Shown here: positions 1 to 8,142 of the stretch, in pieces
Position numbering within the stretch: position 1 is the first letter of the stretch
Layout of the letters: every line of letters starts with the position of its first letter
From: a virus
Reading direction: 5' to 3' (one strand)
IMG/VR virus record: IMGVR_UViG_2802429139_000001
DNA length: 64,000 nucleotides
Translations under genes and position numbers: made by a program
The notes under the pieces: model-generated
What the model saw: the letters and a program-made list of their open reading frames with translations, nothing else
Database searches by the model: none
Told to the model about the DNA's origin: nothing

Positions 1-39
1 TATCTCACGTTGACCAGGCGGTCGCCAAAGTAGACGATC

Positions 40-77
40 AGAACTGAGACCTGTTGCTATACAGCAGGTCTCAGTTC
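40..77. terminator. Perfect inverted repeat AGAACTGAGACCTG...CAGGTCTCAGTTC, hairpin downstream of minus gene 178..375
   Basis: 14-bp stem arms read directly from sequence. Confidence 0.5.
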
Positions 78-177
78 CATTCTTGTCAGCGCGCCCAAAC
101 GCCCAACGCGATGACGACTAGAACGCCGAGAACGGCTGCGCGCCAGAGAGTCGTACACATCGCCGCGTAGGGGTCAG

Positions 178-375
178 TCACGCCCCCGCCACCTCCGCGA
201 GTGTTCCCGTGATGGCGGTCGCCAGCTCGGCGGCGTCGCCGTAGTCCAGCTCGACCGACTGAAAATCGCCGTCCCGGTCCAGGACCTTGACGGTGATCTT
301 CTGCGCCTTGGCCCAATGCTGCACATCCAGCGTGTCGCCATCCGGGTCAGTTGCAGTGAAGACCTGTTCCGACAT
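178..375 (-). CDS. Hypothetical small acidic protein (65 aa)
   Basis: ATG preceded by perfect RBS GAAGGAGG; overlapping ORF 86..316 is Arg/Gly-rich wrong frame. Confidence 0.6.
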   Translation of the reverse strand: MSEQVFTATDPDGDTLDVQHWAKAQKITVKVLDRDGDFQSVELDYGDAAELATAITGTLAEVAGA

Positions 376-581
376 AGTGAGCCTCCTTCATAGCGTGACG
401 GTAGACCACTCTACTACCAAAACTGTACAAGGTCTATGCCCACCGTTTGACGTAGCGTTGCCTTGTACAACAACTTCGGTGTGTTCATATTGGTAGACTT
501 GTCTACCATCACTGCTACACTGATCATCGACACCGCAAGGTGTCAATCACAACGACGACAAGCGGAAACAAGGAGGTGAAC
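376..581. promoter_or_regulatory. Divergent intergenic region with operator-like palindromes (TGGTAGACTTGTCTACCA at 491..508; GGTAGACCACTCTACTACCAA at 400..420; CTGTACAAGG/CCTTGTACAA inverted pair)
   Basis: Palindromes read from sequence between divergently oriented ORFs. Confidence 0.5.
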
Positions 582-767
582 ATGGTTCAACCGCCTGACG
601 GGATGAGCCGAGATGAGGCGTTAGCAGCGCTGCGCCAACGGCGCAGAGTTGTCACCCAGAAGATTGCAAATCGCAAACGCGAGCTTCGTGCTCTCGTGGC
701 TGAAGTGCAATCCCTGGAGACAGAGCTAGCCCACATCGAACAAGGCGAAGATCTGCTGTCTAGCTAG
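582..767 (+). CDS. Hypothetical coiled-coil protein (62 aa)
   Basis: RBS AAGGAGG 6 nt upstream of ATG at 582; heptad-like Arg/Glu/Leu-rich sequence; leader motif CAATCACAACGACGACA upstream. Confidence 0.55.
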   Translation: MVQPPDGMSRDEALAALRQRRRVVTQKIANRKRELRALVAEVQSLETELAHIEQGEDLLSS

Positions 768-775
768 TCAGCAGG

Positions 776-812
776 TCACCAGGGGGTCGGGAGCGACCCT
801 CTCGGCCCCCTG
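776..812 (+). terminator. GC-rich hairpin CCAGGGGG...CCCCCTGG followed by T-rich tract
   Basis: Inverted repeat read from sequence after stop of 582..767. Confidence 0.4.
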
Positions 813-1030
813 GTCTCGTCTCGCTTGTCCTAGAGGTGATTTCGTTGGTCGCGATCACGGCAAGGACGCGAGCTAGCGCGCTAGGTGATCATTGGGCGCG
901 CTCCGTTTCGACTGGCTCACGTCACCAACACAACGCACCCCCGCCCGTTCTTTCTATACCGGGTGGCGGGCGGGGGTGTTCAAACATCATCAACAACAAC
1001 CTCTTTCGCAAGGTGCGGAAGGTGCATGCA

Positions 1031-2470
1031 ATGAAAGCGAGAAAACCAATGAACGATACCGACATCATCACCGGTGATGAGGTTACTTTTCACAACAACC
1101 CGCAGATCGTTCTGCCGGAAGGCATTACATACGGCCGCGCCAAGGAGATCCTGGAGCGCATGCAGGATGAGGCCGAGTCGGTGCAGCAGACCAGTCGCAC
1201 CTACCAGTTTCGCCCGTTTGACGGCGCGGTCGCCACCTCTCGGGTGATGAAGCGCATGTTCGGTATCACCATCGGCGCTCCGAGCGGTGGCGGCTTCTTC
1301 TCCCCGCCCGAGCCTCCGGAAACCCGCACGGTGCAGATTTCGGCGACGGAGACTCTGGAGGTTCCGTGGGGCAACGTCTACCTTCCCAGCGTGGACAACA
1401 AGACCGTCGTCCAGGTCGGCGGAAGGCGCGACCGCGACAACGGAATTGTCACGCACGTCAACGTCATCAGTGCGAAGAAGAACGCCAAGATCGCGCGCGA
1501 GTTCCTGGATGCGATCGGTGAGGAGCTGAAAACCAACTCGATCTATCGTGGCAAGGCGATCGTAGGCACCGAGGAGCCGGAGTTCCTGAACCTCGCGACC
1601 ATCGTACCGAGTGAGATCGTCTTCTCCGATGAAGTGATGAGCACACTGGAAGGCACTCTGTGGTTAGTGATTCGGCACCGTAAGGCGCTCAAGGGCGAGG
1701 GTGTGCGCATCAAGCGTGCGCTGCTGTTGGAGGGTCCGTACGGCACCGGGAAGACCTCGGCCGGTCAGCTCACCGCGCTGGAGGCCGTCCAGAACGGTTG
1801 GACGTTCATCGCTGCACGACCGGGCGATGACATCAACGATGTGCTCCGCACGGCCAAGCTGTACCAGCCCGCGGTGGTCTTCATCGAGGATGTGGACAAC
1901 CAGACATCGACCAGCGACGTGGATCAGGTGTCCAAGCTGCTGGAGACCTTCGATGGTGTGACATCCAAGGGGTCCGAGGTCGCACTTCTGATGACTACCA
2001 ACCACTTTGAGCGCATCCATAAGGGTATGCTCCGCCCAGGTCGCATCGATGCGGTGGTGGAGGTCGCGGCACTGGATCGCAACGGTGTTGAGCGTCTAAT
2101 CAAGGCCGTCGTCGCGTCCGAGCGTCTTGCCGAGGACGTGGACTATGACAAGGTCTATGAGGCGATGACCATCCAGCTTGGTGACGGTGTGGTGGTCGGC
2201 TTCTATCCAGCGTTCGTGCGCGAGGCGCTGGAGCGCGCCAAGACGTTCGCCATCGGTCGGCTCAATGGTGGAACCAACTACAAGCTGGACACCACCGATC
2301 TGGTCGGCGCGGCGGTCTCGCTGCACAACCAGCTCAAGGCCCAGTTTGAGGCCGAAGAGGGTATCGCCAGGCCGACGATCGACGATCAGATCCAGGGTCT
2401 CATGAGCGACTTCGAGATCCGGGATTACGACAACGATTACGTCGGTACCTTGAAGCTCAAGAAGAGCTGA
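1031..2470 (+). CDS. Classical-clade AAA+ ATPase with ~230-aa N-terminal domain of unknown function
   Basis: Walker A GPYGTGKT, Walker B VVFIEDVD, second region of homology MTTNHFERIHKGMLRPGRID; start trimmed to ATG 1031 with GGAAGG RBS. Confidence 0.85.
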   Translation: MKARKPMNDTDIITGDEVTFHNNPQIVLPEGITYGRAKEILERMQDEAESVQQTSRTYQFRPFDGAVATSRVMKRMFGITIGAPSGGGFFSPPEPPETRTVQISATETLEVPWGNVYLPSVDNKTVVQVGGRRDRDNGIVTHVNVISAKKNAKIAREFLDAIGEELKTNSIYRGKAIVGTEEPEFLNLATIVPSEIVFSDEVMSTLEGTLWLVIRHRKALKGEGVRIKRALLLEGPYGTGKTSAGQLTALEAVQNGWTFIAARPGDDINDVLRTAKLYQPAVVFIEDVDNQTSTSDVDQVSKLLETFDGVTSKGSEVALLMTTNHFERIHKGMLRPGRIDAVVEVAALDRNGVERLIKAVVASERLAEDVDYDKVYEAMTIQLGDGVVVGFYPAFVREALERAKTFAIGRLNGGTNYKLDTTDLVGAAVSLHNQLKAQFEAEEGIARPTIDDQIQGLMSDFEIRDYDNDYVGTLKLKKS

Positions 2471-2491
2471 TCCGCACCGCAGATACAAAGA

Positions 2492-2527
2492 AGCACCCCC
2501 GAGAGCGAATCTCGGGGGTGCTTCCGT
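2492..2527. terminator. Hairpin GAAGCACCCCCGAG...CTCGGGGGTGCTTC after AAA ATPase gene
   Basis: 14-bp perfect inverted repeat directly after stop codon. Confidence 0.6.
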
Positions 2528-2840
2528 ATCAACACATTTCGCCACTGTGGCGCATCTAGCGCCTGATCATTCTCCCGAATGACACACCGAGCAGAACACC
2601 GAACCCGACCAGTACGCCCAGGGTTGTCAGCAGGGTTCGCGTGGTCATCTCTTCGGCCTCGATCTCCTCCAGGTCGTCACACTCGGGACACCGGCACTTC
2701 TCCCGGTAGTGCGTGCAGTCGCAGGGGCCATCCAGCTCATGGCCAGCGCACGCGCCGGCGCGGTGGTGCGGGTCGCCAAGGTCGTGGTTTTCCAGGTCGT
2801 GGCCCGCACGCGCAGATGTCGGTGAGACCCAGATACTCGG

Positions 2841-3209
2841 TCATCGCTTGCCTCTCCAGCGGCGCACCGTCATGCGGTCGACGCGTGCTGCGCGCTGTGC
2901 GCCATGCTCGCTCAATCCGTCTTCCATCGACAGCAGCGCCACGACGCGCGCGACGGCCATGCCCATGTCGGCGCGGCTCCGCGCGCGCTCCAGCGCTTGC
3001 CCCGCGTCTTCTAGTGTCAGCTCTTCCGCGAGGTACCGCGCCGCGGCCATCATCGCGGCGTCGCGCATCGGATACTCGGCAGGGTCGGCGTAGCGTTCGA
3101 CCAGATCGTTGAACGTGTCCGCGAAACGCACCGACGCTGCGCGAGACAGCTTGAAACCGTTCTCGCGTAGCCATCCGGTCGCGTTGGTGGGAGCTGTTGC
3201 CATGGTCAT
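2841..3209 (-). CDS. Hypothetical protein (122 aa)
   Basis: GGAGGA RBS before ATG at 3209; GC3-rich frame; ends at TGA 2841..2843, with an open coding-like continuation downstream. Confidence 0.6.
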   Translation of the reverse strand: MTMATAPTNATGWLRENGFKLSRAASVRFADTFNDLVERYADPAEYPMRDAAMMAAARYLAEELTLEDAGQALERARSRADMGMAVARVVALLSMEDGLSEHGAQRAARVDRMTVRRWRGKR

Positions 3210-3266
3210 GAAGTGTCCTCCAGTTGTCACCTTCTAGTCTAGTGACGCGGCCGGTAGTCCAAGCTA

Positions 3267-4064
3267 CTAGCGCGGCAAACCTAGAGGGTCTACCGAATCA
3301 ATCGGACGGTCCATCGCCGCGGTTAGGCCAGCGCGCGCGCCCTGTTTGAATCCGTCGTCACTGAACTGATCCACCATCGTGTTGACCGCATCCGGATACG
3401 CATCTCGCATCGCGTCGCGAGCGCGCTCACGGTCCGACTTGTACAGCGCGACCACGCCAGCCTTGTTGGCCGCATCACCTTCCTGCTGTTTGATGCGCTC
3501 AGCGATCGACGCTGCGAACCCAATGAGCCAGGATTGACGGTAGACGTGCAGCGATTGCGGCGCTCGCTTATCGCGCGTCATCTGCACCAGGTGGTCCAAC
3601 CGCTCTGCCCGATTCATGGCCGCCCACTCATCCACGGTGGCCGTACGGAACGTCTCTCGTTTCGGCATCTCCACTTTGGCGACCAAGCGTGTCGCCTGTG
3701 GTTGCAATATCTCCCAGAGCATCCTCAGGCGTTCGACATGGTGAGACATGCCGAACACGTGCACGAGCGGCATGTTATTGAGACCAACGGTCTTGCAGTG
3801 CAGCGCCTCCGCGAGGATGGACAGCATGTGTTTCTGCTCGGCCTGATAGGGACCGCGCACCAGTAGCAGCGTGTCGATGGCGTTCGGGATGTCGCTGATG
3901 TCGAGACCGCGCTGGTGTGCGCGCACAGTCGCCAGATCGATGCCGTGTTTGGCGAGCAGCGCGAAGGCGCGTTCCTGAAATGCCTCCTCCTCGGGCGTCC
4001 CAGTCACATCCTCGGCCTGTCGCAACAGCTTTGCGATCTTGTCAACGATCCTGTCGTCAGTCAT
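3267..4064 (-). CDS. DUF2786-like protein (265 aa)
   Basis: N-terminal KIAKLLRQAEDVTGTPEEEAFQERAFALLAKHGIDL resembles DUF2786 signature. Confidence 0.65.
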   Translation of the reverse strand: MTDDRIVDKIAKLLRQAEDVTGTPEEEAFQERAFALLAKHGIDLATVRAHQRGLDISDIPNAIDTLLLVRGPYQAEQKHMLSILAEALHCKTVGLNNMPLVHVFGMSHHVERLRMLWEILQPQATRLVAKVEMPKRETFRTATVDEWAAMNRAERLDHLVQMTRDKRAPQSLHVYRQSWLIGFAASIAERIKQQEGDAANKAGVVALYKSDRERARDAMRDAYPDAVNTMVDQFSDDGFKQGARAGLTAAMDRPIDSVDPLGLPR

Positions 4065-4184
4065 GGGTGTCCCCTGATGTCGCGTTGTCTTGGTAGTTCA
4101 TTCTACCAAAATACTAGTAGACCTCTCTACCATTGTGCTACGGTCGATTGGTCTACCAAACAACGGACGAAAGGGCTGCTGCTC
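4065..4184. promoter_or_regulatory. Divergent promoter/operator region with three palindromes (TTGGTAGTTCATTCTACCAA 4090..4108; GTAGACCTCTCTAC 4116..4134; TTGGTCTACCAA 4149..4160)
   Basis: Half-site TTGGTAGAC / GTCTACCAA recurs here and at 400..509. Confidence 0.55.
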
Positions 4185-4388
4185 ATGGCCAAGAGGGTTT
4201 GGATCGATAACGGCGGAATGGTCACCTGCGACGAGCACTCGGGTATGTACATGCGTTTCGCCATCAAGGAGCGGCCCAGCGCGAAGCGGCACACCACACC
4301 TCTTGGTGTGTACGTCGCAGATGAGTCCGGAAAGTACGAGTGCGAAACTTGCGTCCCCTTCCACACGAGGAACCCAAATGCCCAGTAA
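4185..4388 (+). CDS. Small Zn-ribbon-like protein (67 aa; CDEH...CETC)
   Basis: AAAGGG RBS; stop overlaps start of next gene by 11 nt (translational coupling). Confidence 0.55.
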   Translation: MAKRVWIDNGGMVTCDEHSGMYMRFAIKERPSAKRHTTPLGVYVADESGKYECETCVPFHTRNPNAQ

Positions 4389-5400
4389 ATGGTCCAACGT
4401 GCTCCGCGGTGTCGCCTTTGGCGACGCGTGGGGCTACCGCAATGAATTCAGGTCGTACGCTCAGCTCACCCAGCACGGTCTCATGGGTCCTGCGCTGCCT
4501 GAGAAGCTGATCATCAGTGACGACACTCAGATGACGCTCGCGCTCGCGCGCGCTCTGCGCGGTGCGAGCGACAAGACTGACAGTGAGATCCGTGCCGACG
4601 TGCTTACGGAGTGGGTCAACTGGTACGGCGACCCTGACAACAACCGCGCACCTGGCAATACCTGCATGCGCGCGATCGACGCCATCAAGCAAGGTGCGCA
4701 CTGGCTAGACGCTGTGGTAGCCGACTCTGATGGTTGCGGAACCGTGATGCGTGTCAGCCCAGCGGCGCTCGTGAACAGTGAATTCCATAGCTGGCAAGGC
4801 ATTTCGACCTGGCAGGCTCTCACAACGCATGGATCACCGACAGGCGCGGCGGCATCACTGGTGGGTGCTGCCCTGATTCGGCTAGCACCCATGCCTGGCG
4901 ACACCGTGAACTACGCGCTGGACCTCACGCTTGAGGCTGTCGGCGATCCTGATGATCTGCTGCTGCATGGACTCGACGAGTGGATCGTCGAGAATGGCGA
5001 CTACTACGGTCCGGCTTATCAAGAGGGTGCACGTCGATTCATCACGCGCGGAATGCTGAATCTCGCGCACACGTTGGTAGACGCGGACATTGCGCTGAGA
5101 AACATTCGCGCGAAGGATCTAGATCCCTGGGACCTAGATCCGTGCGAGCTGGCAGGTCCGGGATGGCGTGCGCACCATGCGCTTTCAACCGCGCTGCTGT
5201 GCGTCGACCTTTTCCCGGAAGATCCGATCTCCGCGCTACGTCGCGCGACGGTCACCAGTGGAGACAGTGACTCGATCGCTGCGGTCGCTGGGGCCGTCCT
5301 CGGTGCGATCCATCCTGACCCCTGGCCTGACGGTTGGTTCGATCGACTGGAAACGCGCTACCAGAAAGAGATTTCAGAGGCAGAAGGGTTTGGGTTCTGA
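4378..5400 (+). CDS. ADP-ribosylglycohydrolase (DraG/ARH family)
   Basis: GVAFGDAWG, SDDTQM, C-terminal TSGDSDSIAAVAGAVLGA signatures of the ARH family. Confidence 0.85.
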   Translation: MPSKWSNVLRGVAFGDAWGYRNEFRSYAQLTQHGLMGPALPEKLIISDDTQMTLALARALRGASDKTDSEIRADVLTEWVNWYGDPDNNRAPGNTCMRAIDAIKQGAHWLDAVVADSDGCGTVMRVSPAALVNSEFHSWQGISTWQALTTHGSPTGAAASLVGAALIRLAPMPGDTVNYALDLTLEAVGDPDDLLLHGLDEWIVENGDYYGPAYQEGARRFITRGMLNLAHTLVDADIALRNIRAKDLDPWDLDPCELAGPGWRAHHALSTALLCVDLFPEDPISALRRATVTSGDSDSIAAVAGAVLGAIHPDPWPDGWFDRLETRYQKEISEAEGFGF

Positions 5401-5678
5401 TGATCCATGCAGATCACGACAGCGAACCGTACAAACACGGCTACGACGACGGCAAGAAGATGGCGCCGTTCGTGAAAAAGTTCCCAGCATGCGTGTCCAT
5501 CCCTATGCGGTGGTCAGCAGATCCGGGACCGAAGCGGTCTGACGGATGGCCTGAGGCTGCTCACGCGTATGCCGAAGGCGTGCAAGATGGTTGGACCGAC
5601 AACTACACACCAGAACCGGGAGGGCGTCTGATCTCCGACATCACAACCGAATTGGACACCGAGGAGAAGGGCACATGA
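5400..5678 (+). CDS. Hypothetical protein (92 aa), third gene of ARH operon
   Basis: ATGA overlap with ARH stop; GC3-rich. Confidence 0.5.
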   Translation: MIHADHDSEPYKHGYDDGKKMAPFVKKFPACVSIPMRWSADPGPKRSDGWPEAAHAYAEGVQDGWTDNYTPEPGGRLISDITTELDTEEKGT

Positions 5679-5753
5679 GCATTGAGAATGAGCTACTGAG
5701 CAAGACGGCCAAACAGATTCACGACGGCCAGATCACAAGACCGTAGAACACAA

Positions 5754-5803
5754 AAGAAAACGCCCCCAACCGCAACTGAATGCGGTTGGGGGCGTTTCTC
5801 TTT
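5754..5803. terminator. Bidirectional intrinsic terminator (AAAA-CGCCCCCAACCGCA...TGCGGTTGGGGGCG-TTTCTCTTT)
   Basis: 14-bp stem flanked by A-run and T-run between convergent genes. Confidence 0.7.
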
Positions 5804-5869
5804 GGCCCTGGCGGGAGCGCTTGCACCTGGTTCACCGGACAGGCGCGAGTGCTACGACCGCCAGGGGCT

Positions 5870-7042
5870 TTACGCCGGTTCGGTATGGCGAATCGGCTGA
5901 ATCATCTGAATCGTCTCGCCTGCAAGCGGGTTGGCCAGCAAGTCATCGGCCTCGACAACATCGGGCGCGAACATCAACCCGCGCAGACCACCTTGCAGGC
6001 CGATGGTCACCTTCTCGCTGTCGAGTGCGTTGAGGCTGTCCATGAGGTACACGGGGTTCAGCCAGATAGTCTCGGCGTCGCCGGTGAGCTGTACATCCAC
6101 GTCTTCGTTGACGGTGCCGATCGACGTGCTCGCGTAGACGTTCAGGCCACCCTCACCGAATGTGAGCTTCATCCGCGGATGGTTCTCAGCCGACGTGCCG
6201 GTGACGGCCAGCGCGCGCGTGACAGCCTCGATGATCTCGGGGACCACGACCGTTGCCGTCGTCAGGTATTGCTTCGGCAGTGCGCCGCGGCAATTCGGGA
6301 ACTTGTCATCGACCAGGCGCGTGGTCATGCGCCGAGTGCCGCCATGGATGCCGAGAAGCTGTGCGTTGCTTTCGGTTCCGCTGACGGCGAGATACACCTG
6401 ATCGTCACCGAGCCGGCCGATCTCGGCCAGTGCGCGAGTCGGGATCAGTAAGTGTTGCCCAATGGACGGGTCAGCCAGTGGCGTCCAGTCGATCTCGCGC
6501 ATGGCGATCCGGTGACCGTTGGTCGTGGTCAGCGTCAGCGTGGTCTCACTGGTGATCTCCAGTTGCACGCACATCTGACCAGGCTTGGCCTCGTCGGTGC
6601 TGGCCGCGCCGATCACCTGCGTGACGGCGTGACTGAACTCGTCGGCGCTAACGGTGCCGGTGTCATCCGGCAGCGCCGGGAGCACCGGGTACTGGTCGGC
6701 GATCATCGTCGGCAGCGTGAAGTCCACCTTGCCGCACTGGATGGCCACGGTCGAACCGTTGTCGGTCCAGGTGATCGGCTTGCGTGGCAGCACCTTGGCG
6801 ATCGTTGCCAGTAGCCGCCCACTGACCAGCGAGCTACCCGGCGTCATCTGCTCGGCGTCGGGTAGTCCGATCTCGGCGCTCACGTCTAGGTCGAAGCTGC
6901 TCAGCGTCAACCCGAGCGGGCCCGCGGTGACCAGCATTCCCGCGAGAATCGGCGTCTGTGGCTTACCGGGGATGATGCGTGCGGCCCACGTGACCGCCTC
7001 TGTGAACGCGTCGCGGTCCATGGTGAATGAAAGGTCAGGCAT
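5870..7042 (-). CDS. dnaN: DNA polymerase III beta sliding clamp homolog (DnaN-like)
   Basis: TTNGHRIAM, TRLVDDKFPNCRGALP, NPVYLMDSLNAL match conserved DnaN blocks. Confidence 0.8.
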   Translation of the reverse strand: MPDLSFTMDRDAFTEAVTWAARIIPGKPQTPILAGMLVTAGPLGLTLSSFDLDVSAEIGLPDAEQMTPGSSLVSGRLLATIAKVLPRKPITWTDNGSTVAIQCGKVDFTLPTMIADQYPVLPALPDDTGTVSADEFSHAVTQVIGAASTDEAKPGQMCVQLEITSETTLTLTTTNGHRIAMREIDWTPLADPSIGQHLLIPTRALAEIGRLGDDQVYLAVSGTESNAQLLGIHGGTRRMTTRLVDDKFPNCRGALPKQYLTTATVVVPEIIEAVTRALAVTGTSAENHPRMKLTFGEGGLNVYASTSIGTVNEDVDVQLTGDAETIWLNPVYLMDSLNALDSEKVTIGLQGGLRGLMFAPDVVEADDLLANPLAGETIQMIQPIRHTEPA

Positions 7043-7087
7043 CTCTACTCCAAGGCTCTGGTGAGGGGTCTCAGAGCTGAATGTATC

Positions 7088-7101
7088 CCGGTAGTTGACA
7101 G
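7088..7101. promoter_or_regulatory. Copy 1 of CCTGGTAGTTGA(TAC) upstream motif, ahead of DnaN start
   Basis: Shared motif with 40399..40414, 48425..48441, 51067..51082. Confidence 0.4.
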
Positions 7102-7126
7102 TACATGTCCTACAGTTTTGGCAGCG

Positions 7127-7824
7127 CTACACGTCGAGATATTCGTACGACGTGAACAGCGCGCCGACGTTGATCACACCCAGGAACAGATCGACGCCGA
7201 CCGCGACGCCGTGGTTTCTGAACCCCGGCCCGTGATTGATCTCATTGGCACGCACCGGCAGACTCGTCACCTGCGTGCTGTTCCGGTAGGCGCGAATGGT
7301 GTGGTTCGGCTCGTCGTACCACACCGACACCGAATCGCTATTGGCCCATGCAACACTGACCGTCGCGTGCTTGGTCACCGTGGCCGCGTTGCCGCGGCCC
7401 TTGATGATATGCAGCTTGTTGTTGATGATGCCGGTCTCAACCTCGATGCCGTAGTACGTGTTGAACAGCGCATCACCACAGATCACCAGCCGAGTCTTCC
7501 CACCCGCCAGCGAGCCGATGACGGCGTTGGCGCGGCCGTTGTCGCTCATCGCCTGCACCTTGTGGCGCACCAGGCCGCGGCCAGCCAGCTTTCCGCCGTC
7601 GATGTAGGGGTCGCCACCGAAGAACGGCAGGCCGCCGTAGACCATCGTGAACTTGTCCAGGTTCGTGAAGGTGTCGGTAACGTGCATCTTGCCCGTCACG
7701 CGAACGTCAGCGACGACGCCAATGCGAGCGCCCTTGCCGACACCCTCGATGGGCTGAGACAGCACACCGGGCCGCGCGTGAACCATCCGCGTGAACGGCT
7801 TGGGCGGCCGGACTAGGGTCATGC
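7127..7824 (-). CDS. Hypothetical protein, possible beta-helix fibre/minor tail-like (232 aa)
   Basis: Start trimmed to ATG with ATGA overlap at 7819..7824; repetitive beta-strand-rich sequence. Confidence 0.5.
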
Positions 7825-8139
7825 GCGTTCCTGCACATACGGATTGAGCGCCACCACCAGATCGGCAGCAGTCTCGAAGTTCGTGACGAATGGCCGCGAT
7901 GCGACGAACGCGCCAGCATTCCAGAACCCGATGTGTGTCGATGTCCCGACGTACGCCGCGAACGTGACCACCGAGGTTGACTCGCCGTTGTCGGCTGTCG
8001 CCCACGTCGGCGTTTTCCGCACGACGCCTGGCATCTCGTTGGCTCCACCGGCACCAGGCTCGGCGTTGTGCAGTGAGACCTCATCGAAGTAGCCAACCAT
8101 TGTGGCGCAAATGGCATTCAGAACAGCTTCGTCAATCAT
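7819..8139 (-). CDS. Hypothetical protein (106 aa)
   Basis: Operon position, start/stop overlaps. Confidence 0.45.
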   Translation of the reverse strand: MIDEAVLNAICATMVGYFDEVSLHNAEPGAGGANEMPGVVRKTPTWATADNGESTSVVTFAAYVGTSTHIGFWNAGAFVASRPFVTNFETAADLVVALNPYVQERA

Positions 8140-8142
8140 TTG

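Noticed and set aside
86-316. Minus ORF overlapping 178..375 in another frame
   Set aside because: Arg/Gly/Pro-rich translation typical of an off-frame high-GC ORF; 178..375 has the strong RBS.
2579-3112. Plus-strand Arg/Pro-rich ORFs inside minus-strand operons (also 5780..6451, 7061..7816, 19549..19902, 22129..22728, 31942..32406, 35814..36575, 40392..40856)
   Set aside because: Antisense and off-frame artefacts of high GC; poor GC3 periodicity and no RBS. The minus-strand genes explain the coding signal.
7098-7130. Plus-strand TTGACA-N17-TACAGT sigma-70-like promoter
   Set aside because: It would drive antisense transcription into minus-strand late genes; more likely part of the recurring CCTGGTAGTTGA motif.
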